Assembly (NCBI GenBank): GCA_031418775.1
Contig: JANOJN010000190.1
Location: forward strand, 9,216 to 73,215
DNA from: Acidimicrobiia bacterium
GTDB lineage: Bacteria > Actinomycetota > Acidimicrobiia > Acidimicrobiales > JANYDT01
Length of the DNA: 64,000 nucleotides
Direction of reading: 5' to 3'
Positions 17,931 through 27,506 of the stretch are shown here, in pieces. Position numbers and translations under genes: made by a program. How positions within the stretch are numbered: the stretch's first letter is position 1; each line of letters starts with the position of its first letter. The notes under the pieces were generated by a model, which worked only from the letters and a program-made list of their open reading frames with translations, was not told the origin of the DNA and did no database searches.

Positions 17931-18033
17931 GGGTGGAGCGTACGGACTGCGTCGTTACGGAGGACAGGGCCTTTCGTCCCGTCAGGAGCATGACACCCGG
18001 TCCGGTCCGGGGCACTCCCGTAGGCTCGCGACT

Positions 18034-18657
18034 GTGAACACCGCGACATGGGCCGCGATCGGGATCGCTGTTGTCGGGGCCGTCGCGAACTGGTGGTCAC
18101 GGCTTCGTCACGACGACCGGGTCGAGGCCTGGAGCAAGCCGCTCGTCACGATCGCCATGATCGCCGCGGCGGTTACGATTGACGCATCCCCGTCCTCCGC
18201 TCGGGTGTGGTTCACGCTCGGTCTCGTCGCCTGTCTGCTGGGTGACGTGGCCCTGCTTCCGGCAGTCGACAGGTTCATCGTGGGTCTCGGGGCGTTCTGG
18301 GTCGGTCACGCCATCTTCTTTATCGGGGCGCTGACGATCGGGGTGCACCGTACGTGGACCGTCGTGCCTGTCGTCGTGCTGTCGCTGGGAGTAGGGGTCT
18401 TCGCCGGTCCGCGGATCGTCCGGGGGAGCGGCTCACTCGCGCCGGCGGTCGGGCTCTACCTCGCGGTGATCGTCGTGATGGCTGTCCTGGTCGGGGCGAC
18501 TGGTCGGATCGCTGGCATGGTTGGTGCAATGGCGTTCGTCGTTTCCGACGCCGTGCTCGGCTGGAACCGGTTCGTCCGGGAGGAACGGTGGGCAAACGTG
18601 ACGATCATGGTGACGTATCACCTTGCTCTCGGCGGGTTGGTGCTGACCCTGCTCTGA
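18034..18657 (+). CDS. YhhN-family (lysoplasmalogenase-like) membrane protein
   Basis: GTG at 18034. The protein is polytopic and hydrophobic, with YhhN-like motifs LLGDVALL, FWVGHAIFF and VVSDAVLGW. Confidence 0.75.
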   Translation: MNTATWAAIGIAVVGAVANWWSRLRHDDRVEAWSKPLVTIAMIAAAVTIDASPSSARVWFTLGLVACLLGDVALLPAVDRFIVGLGAFWVGHAIFFIGALTIGVHRTWTVVPVVVLSLGVGVFAGPRIVRGSGSLAPAVGLYLAVIVVMAVLVGATGRIAGMVGAMAFVVSDAVLGWNRFVREERWANVTIMVTYHLALGGLVLTLL

Positions 18658-18704
18658 AGTCACGCTGACGAGGACAGGAGAGGTGCCGGCCCGTCGCCGG
18701 AGGG

Positions 18705-19271
18705 TCAGTACGTGTCAGTTGGTTCGTCGACGAGATGCGTCTTCGGGATGGTCCGCAACCCGCCGGAGAGAAGCTCGGCCATGGCGGGCACAGGGTCGGA
18801 GTCTTGGAAGAACGAGCTGTTGGTGAAATCGGGCTCGCCGCTCGTGGGATCGTTTGCCCACCAGGACGCTTCGAGGGCGATCCCGTTCGGATCGCTGAAG
18901 TAGATCGATCGCATCAGCCCGTGATCGACCACGTCGGTCACCTCGGAACCGGCGCCGAGGAGACGTTCGCGCAACGCCAGCAGCGCCGCCTCATCGGGAA
19001 GGTCCATCGAGAGATGGTCGAACTGGCCGGCGCGGGCATCGAAGACGCCGGCGGGTTTGGCCAGCTCGTTCGTGTGCTGCCCCCGGTACTCGAAGAAGGC
19101 AACGGAGCTCTTCGGACCGAACGAGAAGAAGTAGTGCCGGAACGTGTCGGTGCCGATCGTGGCGACCAGCGGCGCGCCGAGGGCACCGTGCCAGAACCGC
19201 ACCGTCGCGTCCATGTCGTTGGTAATCAAGGCAAGATGATTGAGCCCCTGCCATGGAACGTTCTGCTTCAT
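18705..19271 (-). CDS. VOC (glyoxalase/bleomycin-resistance/dioxygenase) family protein
   Basis: ATG at 19271 in ORF 18705..19865. The 188-aa protein has LNHLALITNDMDATVRFW and FDHLSMDLPDEAAL, typical of VOC folds. Confidence 0.8.
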   Translation of the reverse strand: MKQNVPWQGLNHLALITNDMDATVRFWHGALGAPLVATIGTDTFRHYFFSFGPKSSVAFFEYRGQHTNELAKPAGVFDARAGQFDHLSMDLPDEAALLALRERLLGAGSEVTDVVDHGLMRSIYFSDPNGIALEASWWANDPTSGEPDFTNSSFFQDSDPVPAMAELLSGGLRTIPKTHLVDEPTDTY

Positions 19272-19330
19272 GATCGATCCTCGGTCGTCGTTGATGTCGA
19301 CAGCCAGTATGGACCTGTTTCTCCCCTCTA

Positions 19331-20401
19331 CTAGGCGGCCGCGGCAACGGTGAACGTGGTCCCGACGGCATTGGGGACGTAGGCGTCGGGGAGCGCCGTC
19401 GCGAGGCGCACCTGGGCCCGCCAGCCGGTGCAATGGGCCGGCACAACATGGCTGGGCTGCATCTCGGTAAGTGCACGTACCGTCGGCTCGATGATTGGCT
19501 CGAAAGCCGGACCGGTGAGGTGGAATCCTCCCAGGAGTCCGTGGAGACGGTCCACGCCCGTCAGTCGCATGGCATGGCGGGCGATGTTGACCGCCCCGGC
19601 GTGGCCGCAACCGGTCAGCACCACGAGGCCCTTGCCACGCACGTTCACCACCATGGCCTGGTCGTCGAGAATCAGCGGGTCCGGTGCCCACCGGCCGCGG
19701 TGGAGGGCCTCGTGAAACGGCATGCCCGTCTCGAAATCCGTGGTGCGGTCGACCTCTCCGGTGATGAGGACGCTGCCGTCGAGAAGAGCGGAGGGCTCGC
19801 GTCGTTCGATGATTTGGAAGCCCTCGCCCTCGAGCGAGCTGCGCTTGAGCACCGGGAGTTCCCATGGAGCCTGCCCAGGGAAAGCGGCGCGGCGCGGCGT
19901 CCAGACGCCGGGGTGCAGGGTGAGCGGGATGCCCGCCCGCTTGCGGAGCCGGGCAAGACCGAGGAAGCCACCGGCGTGGTCGAAGTGGCCGTGACTCAAT
20001 ACCACGGCCGCGATATCACCGACCTGCACGTCGAGACGTTCCATGTTCGCGGCCATGCCGTCGGGCGACACTCCTGTGTCGAAGAGCAACGTGTGCGTCC
20101 GTGCGCCGCGCCGCACCGTGACCAAGGCGGAGAATCCGTGCTCGGCGACCAGGCCGGGAACAGTCACACCACCCTCGAACTGTTCCGCGGGGACGCGCGG
20201 TGTGCGGCCCATAGCCGCGCGGGTCGCCGGCCCCATGTCGGTCATCAGCCCGTCATAGCTGTTGTCGACGAGCGTGACGATCCGGATCTCGTCGACGGGC
20301 TCGAGGTGAATCGGATCGACGGCCGCCCCCTCGGTCTGTTGGGGCATCGCGTGCGCGGCCTCATGGGCGTGATCGTGTCCGTCGTGGTCACCTGCGCACA
20401 T
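19331..20401 (-). CDS. MBL-fold metallo-hydrolase with a Cys/His-rich N-terminal extension
   Basis: HGHFDHAGG metal motif. ATG 20401 has GAGG 6 nt upstream. The N-terminus reads MCAGDHDGHDHAHEAAHA. ATG 20347 is an alternative start. Confidence 0.8.
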   Translation of the reverse strand: MCAGDHDGHDHAHEAAHAMPQQTEGAAVDPIHLEPVDEIRIVTLVDNSYDGLMTDMGPATRAAMGRTPRVPAEQFEGGVTVPGLVAEHGFSALVTVRRGARTHTLLFDTGVSPDGMAANMERLDVQVGDIAAVVLSHGHFDHAGGFLGLARLRKRAGIPLTLHPGVWTPRRAAFPGQAPWELPVLKRSSLEGEGFQIIERREPSALLDGSVLITGEVDRTTDFETGMPFHEALHRGRWAPDPLILDDQAMVVNVRGKGLVVLTGCGHAGAVNIARHAMRLTGVDRLHGLLGGFHLTGPAFEPIIEPTVRALTEMQPSHVVPAHCTGWRAQVRLATALPDAYVPNAVGTTFTVAAAA

Positions 20402-20513
20402 CGCGCACCTCATTCTTGGATGTTCGGGCCATGGCAGGCGGCACCGGATCGCCCCCGGACCACATTCGCACCGCAGCGTCCGCCGGATCAATCCCGCGTA
20501 CTGCGGTTTCGTT

Positions 20514-20599
20514 GGGAGAGTGTGCGCTGGGTCGCTCCTGGAGCGACCCAGCGCAACAACCTCTGCGGGTCGCCCGGCTAGCTGCGCGCCGCGGCTTCC
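20514..20599. repeat. Left copy (E1) of an ~87-nt direct repeat flanking the ABC-MFS-TCS block
   Basis: It aligns to 28205..28292 with 73 identities over 89 columns by hand, including an exact 21-mer GGTCGCTCCTGGAGCGACCCA. It contains a perfect 15-bp-arm palindrome at 20524..20554. On the minus strand it retains ..EAAARS* resembling the oxidoreductase C-terminus. Confidence 0.75.
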
Positions 20600-20602
20600 G
20601 CC

Positions 20603-23164
20603 TCAGGTGGCTATTGCGGTCAGGATGTTGATGCGGGCGGCGCGTCGAGCAGGCACGATTGCCGCGCCGATCCCGGCGATTGTCGCGATCAGAGCGATGG
20701 TGATGAGTGAACCGGTCGGGACGATGAGCCGGTCCCGTCCACCTACCGGAGCGGCGTGGACCATGGTCCACGCCAGGAACGTGCCGAGGAGGAGTCCAAG
20801 TGCGGTTCCGAACAGGGCGATGATCCCGGATTCCCCGCGGACGCTGGTGCGGACCTGGGCGCGGCTCATACCGACGGCGCGCAACAGTCCGAGCTCACGC
20901 TTGCGTTCGTGGATCGAAAGCCCGAGCGTGTTGACAATCCCGAGGATCGCGATGAACACCGCGAGGCCGAGGAGTGCGTACATGAGGGCGAGGACGGTGT
21001 CGAGCTCACCGTTCTGCTGCTCGATGAAGGCATCGGTGGTGAGCACCTTTGCGGTCGGGTATGTAGCGGCGGCGCGCTCGACGACGCTGGTGTCGTCAGC
21101 GCTGACGTAGATCCGCGAGTCGAGTCGTTCAGGGAGGTTCGCTTCGACAGCCGCAAGGCCGACGAACTGGTCCCCAACCGTGTCGGCGGCCCGGTCATAG
21201 ATGGCTCTGACGGTGAACGTGACGGTTCCCGTGGGGAAGGTGATGGCCCGGGTGTCGCCGAGGCGCACTGCGTGGGGTCCGGTTCCGCGGGTGACAGCGA
21301 TGCCGTCGGGACCGAGTCGGGTGAGGTCGCCGTCGACCTGGCCGAGGTCGAACATCGCGTTGATAGTGCCGACGTCGTAGGCGTTGAGAAACCCGGGGGT
21401 TCCATCGGTCTCGATGGCCGAAATTCTTTGCTCGGTCACGAGGTTCACGCCAGGCTGGGTGGTGAGGCCGGCAGCGACGTTGGGGGTGAGGCCGGTGCTG
21501 GCGTCGATCGCGCCGGAGTCGACGATCACGTTGCCTCGGAAGTCATCGCGAAACGCTCCTGCCCCGGAAGACTTCACCGACGCCGCAAAGATCGCCAGAA
21601 AGCTGACGAGGGCAACTCCGATCATGAGCGACGACGCCGTGCGAGCGGTCCGCTTCGGATTGCGCATCGCGTTCTGGCGTGCGATCGCACCGGCGGTGCC
21701 CCGCAGGCGAGCGATCGGCGTGCCGAGGAAAGCGGCGAGCGGACGGGCAAGGACCGGGCCCAGCACGGAGACGGCGACGAGCAGCGCGACGGCGCCGACT
21801 CCGACAGTCGTGATGTTGGCGGCGCTGCGACCGACGAGCAGGATCGCGCCAGCGGCAACTGTGGTCAGGGTGCCTCCGACGATACGTGACCCTGACACGG
21901 CAGAGCGGTCCTTCGCAACGTCGCGCAGCGCGGCGATCGGGGCAACACGTGACGCTCGCCGGGCCGGGAGAACGGCCGCAGCCAAGGTGATGACGACACC
22001 GAGGATGATGGAGCCGAGCACGGTCGCCATGGTGATCTGCAGCGTGTCGAGCGGAATGTCCACCCCGAATGCGCTGAGAAGCGCACGCAGGCCCTTGGCG
22101 ACGCCGACTCCCGCGAGCAGACCGACTGCCGACGCCAGCAGTCCCGTCACCGCGGCCTCAGCCAGGATGGCAAGTCGAACCTGGCGGCCGGTCGCCCCGA
22201 CTGCGCGTAACAGCGCCATCTCTCGGGTCCGTTGGGACACGATGATCGAGAACGTGTTGTTGATGATGAACGCACCGACGAACAAGGCGATGAGAGCGAA
22301 CATGGTGAGGAACACACCGAACTGGCTGATGTCCTTGCCGATGTCGTTCTGGTGCTCCGCGGTCAGCACAGCACCGGCGATCACTTCGGTCCCGGTACCC
22401 ACGACCGGAGCGAGTCGAGCGACAAGGGTGTCTTGGTCGACGCCATCTCGGGCGGTCACCGCGATCGCGTCGACCTGGCCGGGCTTGTTGAGCACCGCCT
22501 CGGCGGTCACATCGTCGAACAGCACCACGGACAGCCCACCTGGGGTATCGACCTCACCGAAACGCGTGATGCCGACAACGGTGGCCTCGTGTGGGTCGCC
22601 TGCTGTGAGCACGGTCGTGCGGTCGCCGACGTCGAGCTTCGCCACTTCGGCGGAATGCTTGTCGATGGCGATCTCGATGGGCTCGGTCGAGGAAGTCAAC
22701 CACCACGGCGCGAACTGCCACCACTTCGCCTTTGAGTGCAGCGGCGCGCGCCCGGAAACGATGGTGAAGGGGTTGAGTGCGGGGACTGTCACCCAATTCA
22801 TCCCGAGGACACCGGTTTGCGCGGTGCCCACTGCTTTGCCGCCATGGTCGAGGATCTGGGCGTAGCCGGAGACTTCCACGCTGGCCTGGTCAACGCCGTC
22901 GATACTGCGAACGGTGTCGAGGAGTTCAGCGTTGATCGGCCGACTGCTCTCTCCGTAGCCACGCTCGAGCGGGCTGGCCGCCCGGATGTATGCGTCCGTA
23001 CCTTTGTCCGCTTTCGCGAGCAGGGAGTCGAAGGTGCCACGGATGGTGTCAGTGAGGATGAGGGTCCCCGAGAGGAACGCGACCCCGAGGATGACCGCGA
23101 ACGACGTGGCGAGGAGCCGCATCTTGTTGGCGGCGAGCTGCTTGACGGTGAGCTTGGCAATCAT
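20603..23164 (-). CDS. MacB/FtsX-type ABC transporter permease (double FtsX domain)
   Basis: 853-aa ORF with two FtsX-type modules. Each has a large extracytoplasmic loop and an ER(T/K)RE(M/L)..LRAVG motif (QRTREMALLRAVG; ERKRELGLLRAVG). Confidence 0.9.
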   Translation of the reverse strand: MIAKLTVKQLAANKMRLLATSFAVILGVAFLSGTLILTDTIRGTFDSLLAKADKGTDAYIRAASPLERGYGESSRPINAELLDTVRSIDGVDQASVEVSGYAQILDHGGKAVGTAQTGVLGMNWVTVPALNPFTIVSGRAPLHSKAKWWQFAPWWLTSSTEPIEIAIDKHSAEVAKLDVGDRTTVLTAGDPHEATVVGITRFGEVDTPGGLSVVLFDDVTAEAVLNKPGQVDAIAVTARDGVDQDTLVARLAPVVGTGTEVIAGAVLTAEHQNDIGKDISQFGVFLTMFALIALFVGAFIINNTFSIIVSQRTREMALLRAVGATGRQVRLAILAEAAVTGLLASAVGLLAGVGVAKGLRALLSAFGVDIPLDTLQITMATVLGSIILGVVITLAAAVLPARRASRVAPIAALRDVAKDRSAVSGSRIVGGTLTTVAAGAILLVGRSAANITTVGVGAVALLVAVSVLGPVLARPLAAFLGTPIARLRGTAGAIARQNAMRNPKRTARTASSLMIGVALVSFLAIFAASVKSSGAGAFRDDFRGNVIVDSGAIDASTGLTPNVAAGLTTQPGVNLVTEQRISAIETDGTPGFLNAYDVGTINAMFDLGQVDGDLTRLGPDGIAVTRGTGPHAVRLGDTRAITFPTGTVTFTVRAIYDRAADTVGDQFVGLAAVEANLPERLDSRIYVSADDTSVVERAAATYPTAKVLTTDAFIEQQNGELDTVLALMYALLGLAVFIAILGIVNTLGLSIHERKRELGLLRAVGMSRAQVRTSVRGESGIIALFGTALGLLLGTFLAWTMVHAAPVGGRDRLIVPTGSLITIALIATIAGIGAAIVPARRAARINILTAIAT

Positions 23165-23182
23165 GGTGGTGTCGTCTTTCGA

Positions 23183-24496
23183 TCAGGTGGGTTGGATGAG
23201 CGCGGGCGCCGAGTCGGGCCGTGCGTCGACGGTGGTGGGAGACGCTGCGCTCGAACCAGCTCGGTCGGTGCGCAGGGAGGTGAGGCGAGGGCCTTGGATA
23301 GCCGCCGCACAGATCAAGGCGGTGAGACCACCGAGGGCGAACGGCACCCGAGCCGAGGTGGCCTGGATGATCCATCCGATGAGCAGGGCGCCGAGTGGTG
23401 TGGTCCCGAACAGGGCCATCTGGTGCAGGGCCATGACCCGTCCTTGCATCGCCGGTTCGGTGGCCTGTTGGAGCACAACTGTGGTCACCGACTGGAACGA
23501 CGCTGAGGCGAAACCGAGGACGACGCTCATGGCGACGAACGGCCAGAAACCAGGAGCGACGGACAGCGCGAGACACGACACGGCGAAGCCTGCCAGCGAA
23601 AGCGCCAGTGTCCGACGCGGGTGCGGCTTGACCCCGGCGATGTAGATGCCACCCACGATCGAGCCGATCGCGCTGACACTCATCGCGATGCCCACCGATC
23701 CCGCACCCCGGTGGAACCCGAAGCGCACCATCGACGGGAACGTGGTGGGAAAGTTGTAGGCGACGGTGCCCACGACGCTCATGACGAGCAACGGTCGAGC
23801 GACATCGCGGTGGGTGCGTACGTACTCGAAGCCTTCGCGGAGCTTTCCCTTCGCGCTCCCGATGGCCGGCCGATGCACGAGTTCAGATGAGCGCAGCGCG
23901 AGCAACGCCCCGATGACGACGACGTACGACGCGGCGTTCACGATGAAACAGGCTTCGACACCGACGGTCGCGATCAGTGCTCCGGCAAGTGCGGGACCGA
24001 TGAGGCGTGAAACCGAGGCAATCGTGCTGTTGGTCGCGACCGCACTGGGGAGCAGTTGCGGTCCCACGAGTTCGTACAGAATCGCTTGCATCGCCGGTCG
24101 TTCGACTGCCAAGGCGATGCCGAACACGAGGGTCAGGGTGTAGATCCACCAGATCGTGATGTGGTCCGACAGAGCGACGGCGGCGAACGTCGCGGCGAGC
24201 AGACCGGACACCGCTGACGTGACGACGAGGATGCGACGGTTGTCGAACCTGTCGACCAGCACGCCGGCGGGGGCGCCGAGAAGCAGCAGGGGAAGGAACT
24301 GCAAGGCCATCGTGACGCCGAGCCGGTCGCTGCGGTTCGTCAACTCCAACACGAGCCAGGTGACGGCGAGGGCATGCGTCCACGACCCGATGCTCGAAAT
24401 CGTCTGGCCGACGAAGTACATCCGGAAGTTCCGGTTGCCGAAGGCCGCCAAACGACGGCCCGAGTCCGTCGTCTTCATCTCGTGTGGCGTCGCCAT
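23183..24496 (-). CDS. MFS transporter (EntS/Mef-like efflux type)
   Basis: 437-aa ORF with about 12 predicted TM segments. N-terminal NRNFRMYFVGQTISSIGSW and LVDRFDNRRIL are typical of this MFS subfamily. It sits between the ABC ATPase and the permease. Confidence 0.85.
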   Translation of the reverse strand: MATPHEMKTTDSGRRLAAFGNRNFRMYFVGQTISSIGSWTHALAVTWLVLELTNRSDRLGVTMALQFLPLLLLGAPAGVLVDRFDNRRILVVTSAVSGLLAATFAAVALSDHITIWWIYTLTLVFGIALAVERPAMQAILYELVGPQLLPSAVATNSTIASVSRLIGPALAGALIATVGVEACFIVNAASYVVVIGALLALRSSELVHRPAIGSAKGKLREGFEYVRTHRDVARPLLVMSVVGTVAYNFPTTFPSMVRFGFHRGAGSVGIAMSVSAIGSIVGGIYIAGVKPHPRRTLALSLAGFAVSCLALSVAPGFWPFVAMSVVLGFASASFQSVTTVVLQQATEPAMQGRVMALHQMALFGTTPLGALLIGWIIQATSARVPFALGGLTALICAAAIQGPRLTSLRTDRAGSSAASPTTVDARPDSAPALIQPT

Positions 24497-24502
24497 GATG
24501 GC

Positions 24503-25276
24503 TCAGCTCCCGGCCTGCTTGAAGAAGTCGAGGACGATGGCGGCGGTCGGATCGACGAGATCGCCAACGATCCGGCCGTCGGCCAGGAACACGGCCCGAT
24601 CGGCGTAGGCAGCGGCGGTCGGGTCGTGGGTGACCATCACCACGGTCTGGTCGAGCTCGCGAACGGCGTTGCGCAGGAACGTGAGGATCTCGGCTCCGGC
24701 GTGGGAATCGAGGTTGCCGGTGGGCTCGTCGGCGAAGATGATCTCGGGTCGCGAGGCCAGGGCGCGAGCGACGGCGACGCGCTGTTGTTGCCCTCCGGAC
24801 AACTCCGACGGACGGTGCGTCAACCGGGTGCGCAACCCGACCGTGTCGATGATGTGGTCGAGCCAGGCCGGGTCGGGTTTGCGTCCGGCGAGTGACATCG
24901 GAAGGGTCATGTTCTCCAATGCGTTCAATGTGGGGATCAGGTTGAACGACTGGAAGACGAAGCCGATCCGGTCACGACGAAGCCGAGTGAGCTCGGCGTC
25001 GTGCAGCGTTGCGAGGTCGATGTCCCCGATGCGAATCGAACCCGAAGTCACGGTGTCGAGCCCGGCGAGGCAGTGCAGGAGGGTCGACTTCCCTGATCCG
25101 GATGGTCCCATCAGGGCCGTGAACCGGCCGGCGTCGAAGCCGACCGTGACACCGTCGAGGGCGTTGACGACGGCGTCATGGGCGCCGTAGATCTTCGTCA
25201 CATCGACAGCGCGGGCGACGATGCGACGTTGTCCGGGGGGAGAAACGGGTGGGGTAAGGGTTGTTGTAGTGGTCAT
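24503..25276 (-). CDS. ABC transporter ATP-binding protein
   Basis: ATG at 25276. Walker A is GPSGSGKST, the signature is LSGGQQQRVAVARAL and Walker B is IIFADEPTGNLD. Confidence 0.9.
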   Translation of the reverse strand: MTTTTTLTPPVSPPGQRRIVARAVDVTKIYGAHDAVVNALDGVTVGFDAGRFTALMGPSGSGKSTLLHCLAGLDTVTSGSIRIGDIDLATLHDAELTRLRRDRIGFVFQSFNLIPTLNALENMTLPMSLAGRKPDPAWLDHIIDTVGLRTRLTHRPSELSGGQQQRVAVARALASRPEIIFADEPTGNLDSHAGAEILTFLRNAVRELDQTVVMVTHDPTAAAYADRAVFLADGRIVGDLVDPTAAIVLDFFKQAGS

Positions 25277-25406
25277 GCCAACCACGATGCGCCCCGGAGT
25301 CGGGCTGGCACATCGGGCCTGGGGCGTTCGCTCGAGCCGACAGATTGAACTCTGTGCGCCCACTCTCGCCCGGCAGGCGCATGACGTTCTCATCCTGTAG
25401 ACCGAT

Positions 25407-27506
25407 GTGCCTCTTGCCGGCAGGGTCTACGGTCAATCGATGAGGTTCGATCGCATCGTTCGTCGCGATCTGCGCGCTCACGCCTGGGACTACGCGCTCG
25501 CCGGTTCGATGGTCGCCGTCGCTCTGGTCGCTCTCGTCACGCGGATTGATGTCCAAGACGCCGATGCCCATCTCTTCGGGCCCGACAACTGGGTTGGTTG
25601 GGTCGTGACAATCGCCGTGTGCGTAACGCTCGTCGGGCGGCGACGCTGGCCGCTACGGGCGCTCGCATCAGCTCTCATCCTGATACTCCCGATCGAGTTC
25701 TCCCACCAGCGCGACACCGTGGCGTTTTTCGCCGTTCTGATCGCCCTCTACAGCGTCGCTGCATACCTGCCACTGCGACTGGCCGTGCGAGGCCTTGCGC
25801 AGATGGCGGCCTTCTACGTTGTCCTCGTTGCCACCGGCACCATCCTGCTGACGGCGGTTCCCCTGCTCGGGTTGTCGCTCCTGACCGTGGCGTTCGCATC
25901 CGGTCTTGCCGTCCACCGCAAACGAGCGAGCGACCACCGCGCCTCAGAGATCGCCATCGAACGAGCAGCAGCGGCGATCGAGACCGCCGAAGTGGTGGCC
26001 GCCGACGAACGCCTTCGCATGGCCCAGGAGCTCCACGACGTGGTCGCGCACTCGCTGAGTGTCATCGCCGTGCAAGCGGGGATCGGTGCGCACCTCATCG
26101 ACCGTCGACCGACCGAGGCGGCCCGGTCGCTCGATGCAATCCGATGCACTTGTGACAGCACCGGGGTCGAACTCGACCGATTGGTTGGAATCCTGCGAAC
26201 CGGCACAGTCTCGGACTCGACGACGGCTCCGTCCGTTGCGACGATCGCAACACTCGTCGATCAGAGCCGCAGCACCGATCTCGCCGTCACCCTGAACATC
26301 GATGGCGAACTGGCAACCGTCCCCGCCGGGGTATCGCTTGCCGCGTACCGAATCGTGCAAGAGGCACTCACCAACATCGTTCGCCATGCCGGAAGTCCGG
26401 TCGCCGCGACGGTGACCATCAAGGCGACGGACGACCACATCGGTCTGACCGTAGATGACAACGGTCGTGGCGTCACGGTCCACGAGGCCGCCACCCACGG
26501 CGGGGGGAACGGACTCGTAGGAATGCGAGAACGAGCTCACATGTACGGCGGCGACGTCCACGCGGGACCGAGGCCCGGTGGTGGGTTTCGGGTGAGAGCC
26601 ACACTCGACACCCGGACCGGAATCAGCCCCATACAACCGACCTATCAAGCGACGGCTCTCCCGGTCGACCTCGAGCCGAACCCCGATCGTCGACGACTCT
26701 CCCCGCCGACCTGGGACGCAGCACTGGCGATACTGATGGCGGCGATAGCAATCCTCGAAGTGATCGCGTCCCATCCGACACCCGGCGGACCGGACTTCAT
26801 GCCGAACGATGTCTGGGCGTTGTCGCTCCGTCTCGGATGCGCCGCGACGCTCGCGTTCCGGCGAAGATACCCGACGGTTTCGTACGCCTTTGCCTGGGTT
26901 CTCGGTCTTGTGTTGATCATCGGCGACTACCAGTTCGGGGTCCTCACGTTGGTGCTGCTGATCGGGCTGTATTCGGTTACTGCCCATGCCACGCCTCCGC
27001 GAGTCATCAGTGCGGCGGTAGGGACAGTTGCCGGAATCACGATCGTTGCCCTGTCGAAACCGCCCGACCTGAGCGCCAGTGGAGCGGTCTGGGCGAGCGT
27101 GTTCTTCGCCGGGTCGGCCGTCACCGGGCATGTCATGCGACGCGACCGGAGTCGACGAGCCACCGAACTGAACGAACGGCAGATCGACGCCGCAGCACGC
27201 ACCCGACACTCGCATCTCGTCCTGACGAACGAGCGGCTCCGCATCGCTGACGAACTTCGCACCGTCCTCACCCGGTCCATAGACACGATCGCTCGCCACG
27301 CCGAAACCGGCTCGCGTCTTGTCGACAGCGACATCGACGTAACTGGCGATGCCCTTCGCGCCATCTCGACGATCAGTCGCGATGCGCTCAATGACCTCCG
27401 ACGGTTGCTCACGCACCTCCGCAACCCGACGGAGGGGTCGAACTATTCACCGATCTCGTCCACGCTCGAGACGGTCGGCGGCAACACCGCTGGCGTTCCG
27501 CGATGA
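25407..27506 (+). CDS. NarL-partner (HisKA_3) sensor histidine kinase with a duplicated His-less C-terminal sensor/DHp module
   Basis: 699 aa. Module 1 has a TM sensor, the H-box AQELHDVVAHS (His210, 26034..26036) and an HATPase (EALTNIVRHAG, DDNGRGV, GNGLVGMRERA). Module 2 (residues ~430-699) repeats the TM sensor (FRRRYP, GLYSVTAH) and the DHp helix ERLRIADELRTVLTRS, but has no His and no ATPase. ATG 25440 is an alternative start. Confidence 0.85.
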   Translation: MPLAGRVYGQSMRFDRIVRRDLRAHAWDYALAGSMVAVALVALVTRIDVQDADAHLFGPDNWVGWVVTIAVCVTLVGRRRWPLRALASALILILPIEFSHQRDTVAFFAVLIALYSVAAYLPLRLAVRGLAQMAAFYVVLVATGTILLTAVPLLGLSLLTVAFASGLAVHRKRASDHRASEIAIERAAAAIETAEVVAADERLRMAQELHDVVAHSLSVIAVQAGIGAHLIDRRPTEAARSLDAIRCTCDSTGVELDRLVGILRTGTVSDSTTAPSVATIATLVDQSRSTDLAVTLNIDGELATVPAGVSLAAYRIVQEALTNIVRHAGSPVAATVTIKATDDHIGLTVDDNGRGVTVHEAATHGGGNGLVGMRERAHMYGGDVHAGPRPGGGFRVRATLDTRTGISPIQPTYQATALPVDLEPNPDRRRLSPPTWDAALAILMAAIAILEVIASHPTPGGPDFMPNDVWALSLRLGCAATLAFRRRYPTVSYAFAWVLGLVLIIGDYQFGVLTLVLLIGLYSVTAHATPPRVISAAVGTVAGITIVALSKPPDLSASGAVWASVFFAGSAVTGHVMRRDRSRRATELNERQIDAAARTRHSHLVLTNERLRIADELRTVLTRSIDTIARHAETGSRLVDSDIDVTGDALRAISTISRDALNDLRRLLTHLRNPTEGSNYSPISSTLETVGGNTAGVPR

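Noticed and set aside
25944-27416. 490-aa minus-strand ORF
   Set aside because: It is antisense to the histidine kinase gene and has no recognisable domain, so it is a high-GC artefact.
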